From: a bacterium
GTDB lineage: Bacteria; Patescibacteriota; Patescibacteriia; 2-12-FULL-60-25
Direction of reading: 5' to 3'
Length of the DNA: 61,393 bases
NCBI GenBank assembly: GCA_021806685.1
Contig: JAJZQU010000001.1
Location: 1 to 61,393, forward strand
Both the position numbers and the translations under genes were made by a program. The number at the start of each line of letters is the position of its first letter. Positions within the stretch are counted from its first letter, which is position 1. This document shows positions 34,544-44,058 of this stretch, piece by piece. Below the pieces are notes generated by a model. That model ran no database searches. It was not told where the DNA came from and saw nothing but the letters and a program-made list of their open reading frames with translations.

Positions 34544-35326
34544 ATGAATGGATTAACTAAAAAAATTCAATTTGAGAAAAAGGATTTACTTCTAAGGTTG
34601 AAAGTATTTTTAGTTTTTTTATTTTATTGGACAACGTTGTTTATTGTAATTTGTTTGTTATTTAACAAAGTCATTAGTTTTATTTTATTAAAAATGAATA
34701 GCATAGAATCGATTGTGCTGTTAAATTTGTCAGGTGCGATTTTTTTTATTTTTATTTTATTTTATCTCTTAGCACAAGGAAAATTAAAAATATGGCTTGA
34801 CGCTAACCAAGGTTTTCTCGTAGTTGTGGGTATATGGTTTACAGTTATTATTTATTTGTTAGACAATTCTGTTTATAGATTAACAATTTTAGCATCAGAT
34901 ATCGACTATTATAACAAAACAGAAAAGCTCTTGATATTAGAAAATAGTAGTAATTTAAAATCAATAGGCAGTATGGTGACAGATCTTGAGAATGATCCTA
35001 CCGCACTAGTTTGGTCGGACTTTTCGGTACAAGATTATGAAAAATACACTGAACATTTTATTGCATACTACACGCCAGAATGTCAAAATAAATATGGAGA
35101 GTTAAAATTAAATTTAGACGCTATAAACAAATTAAATAAAATGAAACGTGAGGGTATCTACCTTTATGATTCTACGCGAGCTGATCTTACAGGCAAAATA
35201 ATTTTATTTTCAAATATCTCAAAAAAGATTTTAGGTGAATTGGAATCTTGTAGCGGTACTAAGATTGTTACAATACCAAGATGGTTTCCTCTGCCAGAAG
35301 GAATAACATTTAAAGAGAAGAGATGA
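34544..35326 (+). CDS. Hypothetical membrane protein (very AT-rich gene)
   Basis: Three or four hydrophobic helices, then a ~150-aa soluble domain. No family recognised. Confidence 0.55.
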   Translation: MNGLTKKIQFEKKDLLLRLKVFLVFLFYWTTLFIVICLLFNKVISFILLKMNSIESIVLLNLSGAIFFIFILFYLLAQGKLKIWLDANQGFLVVVGIWFTVIIYLLDNSVYRLTILASDIDYYNKTEKLLILENSSNLKSIGSMVTDLENDPTALVWSDFSVQDYEKYTEHFIAYYTPECQNKYGELKLNLDAINKLNKMKREGIYLYDSTRADLTGKIILFSNISKKILGELESCSGTKIVTIPRWFPLPEGITFKEKR

Positions 35327-35392
35327 TGCGTTTATTTGAACGAAATCGAAGTTAACGTCCGGGTCAATGATTCCTAAACCATTATCAATTAT

Positions 35393-35656
35393 ATGCTATC
35401 TCTAAAGAAAAAAATTGGAATAGGTCTGATTATCACGCCGATAGTATCTTTCCTTTTACGTTATCCGGTTATCTGGATAGGGATATACTTTCTTGGCAGG
35501 ACCAATGGTTCTGAGGAGGTGGCTAAAATTACCGGTTATTCTTTCGCTATATTGAGTTTTATTACGGCAGTGACTTTGGTCTTCATCCTTCCGTTCGGTA
35601 TCATATTGCTGATCACCCCGGATTCAACAACTTCGAAAACAGATCAAGAAAAATAG
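35393..35656 (+). CDS. Small hypothetical membrane protein
   Basis: 87 aa, with two or three hydrophobic helices. Confidence 0.45.
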   Translation: MLSLKKKIGIGLIITPIVSFLLRYPVIWIGIYFLGRTNGSEEVAKITGYSFAILSFITAVTLVFILPFGIILLITPDSTTSKTDQEK

Positions 35657-35661
35657 TAACC

Positions 35662-36315
35662 ATGATGTCTATCGACTTAATCACCCAAACCGCGGAATAC
35701 GTCAAAGCCACCATGGCCCAGGAAGGCACTGGCCATGATTGGTTTCATATCGAAAGAGTTTGGCGTTTGGCTAAGACCATCCAAGCCCAAGAGGGCGGTA
35801 ATCTTGAGGTTGTCGAACTAGCGGCCTTATTGCATGATATTGCTGATTGGAAATTCAGTGATGGTGATGAGAATGCCGGCCGGCGCGTCTCCCGTGAATG
35901 GCTGGTTCAGATTGGCGCAACTTCGCGGATCGTTGATCTTGTTTGTGAAATTGTCGGAGATTTATCTTATAAAGGTTCGGGCGTGCCGGATGAGATGAAG
36001 ACTCTAGAAGGCCAAATCGTCCAAGATGCTGACAGACTGGATGCGATTGGAGCCATCGGTATTGCTCGTTGCTTTGCTTATGGTGGTTACAAGAATATGC
36101 CATTGTATGATCCGGATATAAAACCAGGCGTGCATACCAGCTTTGATGAGTATAAGAAAAAGAAGGGGACAACGTTTAATCATTTTTACGAGAAACTCTT
36201 TTTATTGAAAGATCGTCTGCATACTCGTGCTGCCAAGAAGATCGCGCAAGGTCGGGATAGTTATATGCGGGAATTTGTAGGCAGGTTTTTAAAAGAGTGG
36301 GAGGCAAAAGATTAA
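35662..36315 (+). CDS. HD-domain phosphohydrolase
   Basis: GHDWFHIERV, LLHDIADWK and DADRLDAIGAIGIARCF. Confidence 0.85.
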   Translation: MMSIDLITQTAEYVKATMAQEGTGHDWFHIERVWRLAKTIQAQEGGNLEVVELAALLHDIADWKFSDGDENAGRRVSREWLVQIGATSRIVDLVCEIVGDLSYKGSGVPDEMKTLEGQIVQDADRLDAIGAIGIARCFAYGGYKNMPLYDPDIKPGVHTSFDEYKKKKGTTFNHFYEKLFLLKDRLHTRAAKKIAQGRDSYMREFVGRFLKEWEAKD

Positions 36316-36354
36316 AAAAAGAGCCCCTGCAGACGAGTCACGTCTTGCAAGGGG
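36314..36354 (-). terminator. Intrinsic terminator of the 36685 orphan gene
   Basis: On the minus strand, a CCCCTTGCAAGACG..CGTCTGCAGGGG hairpin is followed by CTCTTTTTTT. Confidence 0.65.
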
Positions 36355-36685
36355 ACCAAGGAGTCCGTAGTTCCGGGTCAACAACCACGTATTCACGTGG
36401 GTGCTTCGGATGGTCTTCTACTGCCAGCAAGATGATCTGGCGGATGTCTTCCCTGAGCCATTTCTGGCCGACCTGGATCATGCCGCGGATGATCAGGAAC
36501 TTGATTGCGGGTTTTGAGAGCGGGGGCTTGTTGTCTTCGCCGCGGCAATGCCTTACGAGTTCAACAAATACCCTGGGGTGGTCTAGCGCTATCAGGCGGA
36601 GAAAGAGCATCGTGCCGATCTTGACTGCGCGGTCAACGCGCATGTTGCCTTTGAGGATGCAGTCCCTCCAGAGCTTGTTGTCCAT
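36338..36685 (-). CDS. Hypothetical protein (GC-richer, SD-bearing orphan)
   Basis: AAGGGAGG lies 5 nt before the ATG at 36685, and it has its own terminator. No family recognised. Confidence 0.55.
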   Translation of the reverse strand: MDNKLWRDCILKGNMRVDRAVKIGTMLFLRLIALDHPRVFVELVRHCRGEDNKPPLSKPAIKFLIIRGMIQVGQKWLREDIRQIILLAVEDHPKHPREYVVVDPELRTPWSPCKT

Positions 36686-36822
36686 TAGAACCTCCCTTGT
36701 GTGCCTTAGTTTTGGCACAGAACAGGCAAGATGTCAAGATACTCGACATATCTCTCAGCCCGCCGTATACTGGCTAGTGCGGTGGTTTTTAGCCGCTATT
36801 TTGGCGTCTACTCCGCACAATT

Positions 36823-39372
36823 ATGCAAGATAAAATAACAATCCGTGGAGCTCGCGAGCATAATCTCAAAGACATTAATTTAGAGATCCCGCGCAACAAG
36901 ATGGTCGTTTTTACAGGCTTGTCCGGCTCGGGCAAGTCGTCTTTGGCGTTTGATACGATTTTTGCCGAAGGCCAGCGCCGCTATGTTGAGTCACTTTCGG
37001 CTTATGCCCGCCAATTTTTGGGCCAGATGAAAAAGCCCGATGTGGACGAGATCGAAGGCTTGTCGCCAGCCATTTCAATTGACCAAAAAGCCCATAGCGC
37101 CAACCCGCGTTCAACGGTCGCCACCATCACTGAAATTTACGATTACATGCGCGTGCTTTATGCCCGCGTCGGCCATCCGCATTGCCCGATTGGCGGTGAG
37201 CCGATCAGGAAGATGACAGTCGATGAGATTGCGGACGCCGTTCTCCAGCGCACGATTGAGATCCACAGCAAGCCCGAAGAAATCAAGAAACGCAAGAAAG
37301 CATCCAGCGCCAATGAGATTGTCATCCTCTCGCCCTTGGTGCGCGGCAGGAAAGGGGAGTACATGCAGATGTTGCAACAGGCTTATGAAGGCGGTTTTTC
37401 GGAAGTTCGCCTTGATGGCCAAATTTTTCCTTTGCGTGACCGTGTGCCGCTTTCGCGTAACGTGCGCCACAACATTGAATTGGTCGTAGACAAGATTCCT
37501 CTGGCTTGGCCAATCGAAAACAACAAACCTTTAAGGTCACGTCTGGTTGAGGCTATTGAAATCGCCTTGGATCGCGGTAATGACTCCGTGATTGCTGTTT
37601 TGGATGATGGTTCTGAAAAGTTGATGTCAGCCCGCTTTGCCTGCCCTGAACATGATTTTTCTTTTCCTGAGATTGAACCGCGCTTATTCTCGTTTAACTC
37701 GCCTTATGGTTCGTGCCCGACTTGTACTGGTTTGGGTACGGCTTTTCTTTTTTCCGAAGATCCTTGCCCTGTCTGCAAAGGCGCGCGCCTGCGTCCCGAG
37801 GCTCTACATGTCTTTATTAATAAGAAGAGCATCGTCGACGTGACGGGCATGACCATTGCAGAAGCACACGAGTTTTTTGAGACTCTCAAACTTACAGAAA
37901 CGGAGATAGCCATCTCAGAAGGCATCCTCAAGGAAATAATGGCCCGCCTCCAGTTTATGCTGGATGTTGGCTTGCATTACCTGACTTTAAACCGCATTGC
38001 CGGTTCCTTGTCTGGCGGTGAAGCCCAGCGTATCCGCTTGGCCTCGCAAATCGGATCCAAATTGGTCGGCGCTTTGTATGTTTTGGATGAACCGACTATC
38101 GGTCTCCACCAAAAAGACAATGCCAGGCTGGTTGAGACGCTCGAGAAACTGCGTGATGCAGGCAACTCGATCATCGTCGTCGAGCATGACGAAGATACGA
38201 TAGCGGCGGCTGATTATCTGGTTGATTTTGGGCCGGGTGCCGGCAAGCGTGGCGGTAAGATTGTGGCCCACGGTCCCATGCCACAAATTTTGCAGGATAA
38301 GAATAGTTTAACTTGCGCTTATTTGCGCGGCGACAAGCAGATTACCATGCCTGCCAAGCGCCGCGGCGAAGCTAAACAATGGTTGACCATCAAAAAAGCC
38401 AGGGCCAACAACCTCAAAAATATCAACGTCAAGATTCCACTTAAGCGTTTTGTTTGCGTGACCGGCGTCTCAGGCTCTGGCAAATCAACTTTGACGATTG
38501 ATATATTGTACCGGGCCTTGGCTGCCAAATTGAATGGTTCGATGGCCAAGCCATCCGCCCATGACAGCATCCAGGGCATTGATTGGGTGGATAAGATAAT
38601 TGACGTCGACCAATCGCCTATCGGTCGCACGCCGCGCTCCAATCCCGCCACTTATACCGGCATGTGGTCGCATATCCGCGACTTATATACGTTAACGCCG
38701 GACGCCCGCATGCGCGGCTATAAGCCGGGTCGTTTTTCGTTCAATGTCCCTGGTGGGCGTTGCGAACATTGCGAAGGCAACGGACAAATCGCGATTGAAA
38801 TGCATTTCTTGCCAACGGTTTACGTGCCGTGCGAAGTCTGCAAAGGCAAACGATTCAATCGCGAGACTCTGGAAGTTAAATACCGCAATAAAAGCATTGC
38901 CGACGTCTTAAGCATGACAGTGGAAGAAGCAGATGTATTTTTTAAGGACATCCCTCCGGTACGTGACCGTACCAAGGTCTTGACCGAAGTCGGACTTGGC
39001 TATATCGAACTTGGACAGGCAGCTACGACTTTATCCGGCGGAGAAGCGCAACGTGTCAAACTCTCGGCTGAACTAGCACGCCGCGATACCGGCCATACTG
39101 TCTATATCCTAGATGAACCGACAACTGGTTTGCATTTTGACGATGTGCAAAAACTTTTGGACGTCCTCCAGCGCCTCGTTGACCGCGGCAACACGGTTTT
39201 GATCATCGAACATAACTTGGACGTGATTAAAAATGCTGATTGGATCATTGACCTTGGCCCCGAAGGCGGGGATAAGGGCGGACACATCGTAGCCGAAGGA
39301 ACTCCGGAAGAAGTTACACAAATCAAATCAAGTTACACCGGGCAGTATCTAAAGAGGGTGTTGAAACGTTAA
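36823..39372 (+). CDS. uvrA: Excinuclease ABC subunit A, short form lacking the insertion domain
   Basis: Two ABC modules (GLSGSGKSS and GVSGSGKST; LSGGEAQR twice). Only 13 residues separate CPTCTGLG from CPVCKGARL, where canonical UvrA carries a ~110-aa insertion domain. Confidence 0.9.
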   Translation: MQDKITIRGAREHNLKDINLEIPRNKMVVFTGLSGSGKSSLAFDTIFAEGQRRYVESLSAYARQFLGQMKKPDVDEIEGLSPAISIDQKAHSANPRSTVATITEIYDYMRVLYARVGHPHCPIGGEPIRKMTVDEIADAVLQRTIEIHSKPEEIKKRKKASSANEIVILSPLVRGRKGEYMQMLQQAYEGGFSEVRLDGQIFPLRDRVPLSRNVRHNIELVVDKIPLAWPIENNKPLRSRLVEAIEIALDRGNDSVIAVLDDGSEKLMSARFACPEHDFSFPEIEPRLFSFNSPYGSCPTCTGLGTAFLFSEDPCPVCKGARLRPEALHVFINKKSIVDVTGMTIAEAHEFFETLKLTETEIAISEGILKEIMARLQFMLDVGLHYLTLNRIAGSLSGGEAQRIRLASQIGSKLVGALYVLDEPTIGLHQKDNARLVETLEKLRDAGNSIIVVEHDEDTIAAADYLVDFGPGAGKRGGKIVAHGPMPQILQDKNSLTCAYLRGDKQITMPAKRRGEAKQWLTIKKARANNLKNINVKIPLKRFVCVTGVSGSGKSTLTIDILYRALAAKLNGSMAKPSAHDSIQGIDWVDKIIDVDQSPIGRTPRSNPATYTGMWSHIRDLYTLTPDARMRGYKPGRFSFNVPGGRCEHCEGNGQIAIEMHFLPTVYVPCEVCKGKRFNRETLEVKYRNKSIADVLSMTVEEADVFFKDIPPVRDRTKVLTEVGLGYIELGQAATTLSGGEAQRVKLSAELARRDTGHTVYILDEPTTGLHFDDVQKLLDVLQRLVDRGNTVLIIEHNLDVIKNADWIIDLGPEGGDKGGHIVAEGTPEEVTQIKSSYTGQYLKRVLKR

Positions 39373-39417
39373 AAAAACACCCTCGCTCGCCTCGAGTTTA
39401 TCGAAGTGGAGTGAGGG

Positions 39418-39618
39418 CTAAGAAGGCGGGTGCTCTTCGCGCTTGGGCTTGAAGGCGGATCTTAGGGAAATGAGCAGGCCGCTCAGGAAAATGATTGATA
39501 CGACGAAGAGGTCGAAGACAGTCTCCCTGATTCTCTTGTGGGCGATGCAGAGCATGGCCACTACAGCGGCTACAGCGGTAACGAACAGGATGATGAGCGT
39601 GACGTAGTCAGTTTCCAT
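39418..39618 (-). CDS. Small two-TM hypothetical protein (SD-bearing orphan)
   Basis: GGAGG lies 6 nt before the ATG. It is 66 aa with two hydrophobic helices. Confidence 0.5.
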   Translation of the reverse strand: METDYVTLIILFVTAVAAVVAMLCIAHKRIRETVFDLFVVSIIFLSGLLISLRSAFKPKREEHPPS

Positions 39619-39636
39619 GGCTACCTCCAGGGCCTT

Positions 39637-39665
39637 AAGCTAGCAAAAATGAGTCATTCCGTCAA
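39637..39665 (-). promoter_or_regulatory. Sigma70-type promoter TTGACG-N17-TAGCTT for the 39618 gene
   Basis: Read on the minus strand. Confidence 0.4.
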
Positions 39666-39687
39666 CGGTTGACCGTGGCGGCCTGGC

Positions 39688-39696
39688 TGGTACCAT
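39688..39696 (+). promoter_or_regulatory. Extended -10 box TGGTACCAT immediately upstream of uvrC
   Basis: It lies 0 nt from the ATG at 39697 and 6 nt from the ATG at 39703. The latter fits the leaderless geometry seen elsewhere. Confidence 0.35.
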
Positions 39697-40992
39697 ATGG
39701 CTATGATTCCCAAGAGCGTTAAGCTAAAAAATAACAAATTACCTGATAAACCCGGCGTATATCTGATGAAGGACGCTGCGGGTGAGATTTTGTATATTGG
39801 CAAGGCAACTTCGCTCAAGCACCGCGTTGAGTCTTACTTCACCCGTCCTCGCGACAACAGGATACAAGAGATGGTATCGAAAATATCGTCGATAGATTAT
39901 CTTGAGCAACCAACGGCCATTGAAGCCTTGTTTTTGGAAGCCAGCTTGATCAAGCGCCACCAGCCTTATTACAACGTGCTGGAAAAGGATGACAAAAGTT
40001 TTTCATATTTAGTCATCACCAAAGAGCAGTATCCGAGGCCTTTTGTTTTGCGGGCTACGGATTTTAATGATTCTTCGGCCGCTGCATACAAAGCTGTTTA
40101 TGGTCCGTTCAAATCCGCCCGTGCTGTCCGTGCCTCGCTCGACATCATCCGCAAAGCCATTCCTTGGTCAACTTGCGTTCCCGGTCAACAACGCCACTGT
40201 TTCTATGCTTCTCTCAAGCAATGCCCTGGAGTTTGCGTGGGTGACATCTCACCGCGAGATTATGCCAAGGTCATTCGTGATTTGATGGCTTTTTTTGATG
40301 GCAAGCGCAAAGACATTATCAGGCGTTACCGCAAAGAAATGCAGGCTGCCTCAAAAGCGCAAAAATACGAACTGGCAGGTGATATCAGAAATCGTTTGCA
40401 TGCGCTTGAACATGTCCAAGATGTTTCAATGCTTTCCAAGGACGATCCGCCCTCACCCCAAAAAGGAGATTCGAGTCCCGAGATTCAAGATTCGGGGATG
40501 TTTGGTCGTATCGAAGGTTATGATGTTTCAAACATTTCCGGGACTTCTGCCACAGGCTCGATGGTCGTCTTTAAGCACGGGGCGCCTGTCAAAGGCCTAT
40601 ACCGAAAATTCAAGATCAGGACTGTCTTTGGACCGGATGATTATGCTAGCTTGCGAGAAGTCTTGCGCCGGCGTTTTCGGCATAGCGAGCATGGTTGGGA
40701 ATGGCCGGATTTGATTTTGATTGATGGGGGAGCGGGCCAGGTCAACACTGCACTCGAAGTAATCGCCAGCCTGGAAGCGGCGCGCATGATCCCTGTCATG
40801 GGCCTGGCCAAAGGCCCCAATCGCGACAAGGATGAGCTTGTCATCCCGCCGGCCTTTGTGGCGTTGAAAGACTCATTAGAGAAGCATAAGGACATTTTAG
40901 TCCATGTGCGTGACGAATCTCATCGTTTTGCCATTGCCTATCACCGCAAGCTGAGGTCACAGCCCTTAAAGAGCCCTAAAGCCAAATTATGA
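39697..40992 (+). CDS. uvrC: Excinuclease ABC subunit C, short form lacking the C-terminal (HhH)2 domain
   Basis: GIY-YIG (GVYLMKD..ILYIGKA), a UVR motif region (ELAGDIRNRLHALEHV) and an RNase-H-like endonuclease domain (IEGYDVSNISG..DGG..HVRDESHRFA). The protein ends about 10 aa after that. An alternative start exists at 39703. Confidence 0.85.
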   Translation: MAMIPKSVKLKNNKLPDKPGVYLMKDAAGEILYIGKATSLKHRVESYFTRPRDNRIQEMVSKISSIDYLEQPTAIEALFLEASLIKRHQPYYNVLEKDDKSFSYLVITKEQYPRPFVLRATDFNDSSAAAYKAVYGPFKSARAVRASLDIIRKAIPWSTCVPGQQRHCFYASLKQCPGVCVGDISPRDYAKVIRDLMAFFDGKRKDIIRRYRKEMQAASKAQKYELAGDIRNRLHALEHVQDVSMLSKDDPPSPQKGDSSPEIQDSGMFGRIEGYDVSNISGTSATGSMVVFKHGAPVKGLYRKFKIRTVFGPDDYASLREVLRRRFRHSEHGWEWPDLILIDGGAGQVNTALEVIASLEAARMIPVMGLAKGPNRDKDELVIPPAFVALKDSLEKHKDILVHVRDESHRFAIAYHRKLRSQPLKSPKAKL

Positions 40993-42452
40993 AATGGATA
41001 TTTGCAGCAATCGCGATTATGGTCGCATTAACATCGGCTATGCAGGTCCAGGCAGTCCCGCCTCCGGATTTTATTTTTAATGTCGGTTCGATACTCATAC
41101 AATTTTTCACGCTGGCTTTTTTGTTGCTTTCGGCGGCTTTTGGCTCGGCTTATCAATTTTTAAAAGCCCGTTTAGCCACTCGTCGCGCTAAAATAGTTTT
41201 CCTCACAGCCTCTTTAGGACTAATCACGGCTGTTGCCGGCGGAGGGGCATATTTAGTTAATTTTTATTACCAAAAACAAGCATATGGGCAATGGCTGGCG
41301 GAAAGCAAGAAAATGACTGAACAAGCCGTGGAACAAGAGTCAGCTGCGACGTCAACCAGTCCGCTGGATACTTTGCAAATCGGCCAATCGCAAGAAGCAA
41401 CTTCGACTGGAATGGCTAAATTTGAAATTAAGGCAACCCAACCTTTAGATAAGGTTGGCATTTTCATACGCGACTATTATTCGAATATTGCCAATGGCAA
41501 ATTCGAGCAAGCTTATAATGTCTCAAAACGCACAGTAAGTCTCGCTACCTTTAAAAGTTGGTATGCTTCTACCACGAGAATCGTGATAGAAAATTTACAG
41601 CGCATAGACGAGACCAAGGCGTCGCTCGAATTGACTTTATTTGAGGGGAAGTTGGCCACGCGGTACGGCGTGTTGATGACGGTTAATGTGGACGGCGGGC
41701 AACCGACCAGGGTTGATAAATCAGAAGTCAGGGTGCTTTCCCAGGGAGGCTTGGAAGAGAGCGCTGAGGGCACATTCTTTGATGCCCATAAGGATTTACC
41801 GGCCACTACAAGCAATACTGCCTTCCGTGATGCTATCCAATCCGGCCGAAAGGATTTCATCGTCTTGGATGCCCGGGAAAACGTTGAATATGAGAACGGA
41901 TATTTTCCTGGCAGTTTGCATATCAGATACGCTGATTTACAGGCAGGACGCTGGATTGAGATGCCAAGAGACAAATACGTCTACGTATTCTGTTGGTCGG
42001 GTATTCGCGGTTCTGAGGTGGCTAATTTTTTACGAACCAAGAAAATTTTAGCTATTTCTTTGGATGGTGGGGCAAAGGGTTGGGTTGATGCCGGAGGAAG
42101 GTGGGAGGGAAACATCTTGTTTAAGACAAAGTACTCGGACGCGCGTTACCAGAAGTTATTTTCGACCGACGAAGCCAGGCAAAAAATAAAGGATGGCGTG
42201 GTCATGGTGGACAGCCGTGAACCTTACAAGTTCAAACAATGGCATATACCAGGGAGCGTTAATATCCCTCTCATGTATACGCCGAGCATCAAGATTGAAG
42301 AAGCCATGGCACAGGTGCCCAAGGATGCCACTGTGATTACTGTCTGTGACGCTTATGTTAATTGTTTTGACGCCAACATCACAGGTGTGGAACTTGAAAA
42401 GCGTGGCCATGCTTATTTAGGGAGATATAGCCAGCCATGGGAAATGAAATAA
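40989..42452 (+). CDS. Membrane protein with two C-terminal rhodanese-like domains
   Basis: N-terminal TM helices. VLDARENVEYENGYFPGSLHI..VFCWSGIRG is one domain and VDSREPYKFKQWHIPGSVNIPL..TVCDAYVNC the second. Confidence 0.7.
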   Translation: MKWIFAAIAIMVALTSAMQVQAVPPPDFIFNVGSILIQFFTLAFLLLSAAFGSAYQFLKARLATRRAKIVFLTASLGLITAVAGGGAYLVNFYYQKQAYGQWLAESKKMTEQAVEQESAATSTSPLDTLQIGQSQEATSTGMAKFEIKATQPLDKVGIFIRDYYSNIANGKFEQAYNVSKRTVSLATFKSWYASTTRIVIENLQRIDETKASLELTLFEGKLATRYGVLMTVNVDGGQPTRVDKSEVRVLSQGGLEESAEGTFFDAHKDLPATTSNTAFRDAIQSGRKDFIVLDARENVEYENGYFPGSLHIRYADLQAGRWIEMPRDKYVYVFCWSGIRGSEVANFLRTKKILAISLDGGAKGWVDAGGRWEGNILFKTKYSDARYQKLFSTDEARQKIKDGVVMVDSREPYKFKQWHIPGSVNIPLMYTPSIKIEEAMAQVPKDATVITVCDAYVNCFDANITGVELEKRGHAYLGRYSQPWEMK

Positions 42453-42454
42453 TT

Positions 42455-43783
42455 ATGAACCAAACAGAATATTTGAAGAGCGTTTTACCTCCTGCCCCGT
42501 ATTTTTTTGAACAGAACGGCATCGCCGAGATTGCTTCCCGTCCCAGGCCGTTGACCTTGAGTTTGTTAAGAAAAATATACGGCTCAGGTGGGCCGGTACA
42601 GAAGGCTTATGCCAAATATGGCATAAACTATTTGCCTTTGGATACGCTGCGTATTTTTGGTAACCAACTTTTTGTAGATCGAGAGCAGGAGTTGAAAAGC
42701 TTATTGCCGGGGTACAGTTATTACTCAGCTCAGCCTTGGGAACCAAGGTTAGCGCCATTTGCCGGGTTTTTGACAACTCTCAGGAATGCGTTTGCCTTAC
42801 GAAAAATTAATGCCGAGCTTGACCAAAAGTTATTAGAAGGACTGGAAAACGAACTTAAGTATATTGGTTCGCAGGAAGCGGATCTTGAGACTTCACTAAA
42901 AAAGTTCCTGGAAGTTTATATATTGATTTTTGAAATTAACATTAAGGCCGAAAAAGCGTTATCAATACTGATTAAGGCTTTGGCTGGTTTTGATATCAAG
43001 CCATCCGATATTTTGGCATCGCCCGGCAGCTTTGATTTTTATAAACTGAAACCGATTGAATTTGATTCTTCTGATTGGCGAGGTAACTCATTGGAGTTTG
43101 GGGATGATTCGCGGTTTGTCTGCCAGGGTCTTGGCCGCAAAAATGAAACCGTTGATTTTTGGTGGCAAAAGCTGGAGCCAGGCCAACGCAGTCAACTATC
43201 CAAGCCGATTTTGGATGCCTTACGTTACAACGATCTGCGGGAAATGGGCAGGTGGTTGGTAGTCGGCCAAATCAACAAATTGCGTAGAGCCGCTTTTATT
43301 AGGGCTGAATCAATAGGCCAAGAGTTTAAGGATGTAGCCTTGTTTGCCAATCTGGACGAGTTGCTTTCAGGTAAGATAGATTTTGCAGAATTGGAGAAGC
43401 GTAAATTAGAATATAGCCAATATGCTTCTTGGGACCTGCCACCTGTGCTTAGGAGCGACCAATCATCGACAATCAAGCAGTTAAAAGGCGTGGGCCTTGC
43501 TCCAGGCAAAGCAACAGGCACTTTGGTAACGGCAGAAGGAATAGCTGAAACTGAGGTAGATGTTATCTTGTTTACTAAATTGTTAACGCCAGATCTGGCC
43601 GCTCATTTGGGCAAATTAAAAGGAATCGTCTCAGAGCGGGGGAGCGTACTTTCTCATCTCGCGATCCTGGCGCGGGAAAGAGGGATCCCGGTAGTGGCCA
43701 ATGTGGATTTAGGTCAGCTTGGTGTTAAATTTGGCGATCAAATTACAATCGATGGGGGCGCTGGCAGCGTAAATCTGCTATAA
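42455..43783 (+). CDS. Protein with a C-terminal PEP-utilising-enzyme mobile (swivelling His) domain
   Basis: GKATGTLV..ILFTKLLTPDL..GIVSERGSVLSHLAILARERGIPVV. The N-terminal ~340 aa are not recognised. Confidence 0.65.
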   Translation: MNQTEYLKSVLPPAPYFFEQNGIAEIASRPRPLTLSLLRKIYGSGGPVQKAYAKYGINYLPLDTLRIFGNQLFVDREQELKSLLPGYSYYSAQPWEPRLAPFAGFLTTLRNAFALRKINAELDQKLLEGLENELKYIGSQEADLETSLKKFLEVYILIFEINIKAEKALSILIKALAGFDIKPSDILASPGSFDFYKLKPIEFDSSDWRGNSLEFGDDSRFVCQGLGRKNETVDFWWQKLEPGQRSQLSKPILDALRYNDLREMGRWLVVGQINKLRRAAFIRAESIGQEFKDVALFANLDELLSGKIDFAELEKRKLEYSQYASWDLPPVLRSDQSSTIKQLKGVGLAPGKATGTLVTAEGIAETEVDVILFTKLLTPDLAAHLGKLKGIVSERGSVLSHLAILARERGIPVVANVDLGQLGVKFGDQITIDGGAGSVNLL

Positions 43784-43784
43784 T
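43776..43784 (+). promoter_or_regulatory. Extended -10 box TGCTATAAT, 6 nt upstream of the ATG at 43791
   Basis: Read directly. It overlaps the stop codon of the upstream gene. Confidence 0.4.
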
Positions 43785-43790
43785 GCTCCC

Positions 43791-44054
43791 ATGAAAAATA
43801 AAGGGAGTTCTTTTTTCTATGGCATATATACCCTGGTCGGTTGGTATGGCGCCGGGGCGATCTTGATCGCTTATGCATTAAATAGTTTTGGAGTGTTGCG
43901 ATCGGATGGATTAGCCTTTCAAGTCCTTAATTTGACCGGCGCTGTGGGCATATCCGTCATCTCCTTGACCAAAAAGGCTTACCAACCAGCTGTGCTCAAT
44001 ATAGTTTGGGCGGTTGTTGCCATAGTGGCTGTCATTGGCATGTTTGCCAAATGA
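43791..44054 (+). CDS. Small three-TM hypothetical membrane protein
   Basis: 87 aa and hydrophobic. Confidence 0.5.
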   Translation: MKNKGSSFFYGIYTLVGWYGAGAILIAYALNSFGVLRSDGLAFQVLNLTGAVGISVISLTKKAYQPAVLNIVWAVVAIVAVIGMFAK

Positions 44055-44058
44055 GGTT

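Noticed and set aside
36297-36833. 178-aa plus-strand ORF spanning the gap between the HD gene and uvrA
   Set aside because: It is Ser/Arg/Leu-rich low-complexity sequence, has no SD or -10 box, and is antisense to the 36338..36685 gene. That gene has an SD, plausible codon usage and its own terminator. The ORF is most likely a shadow ORF.
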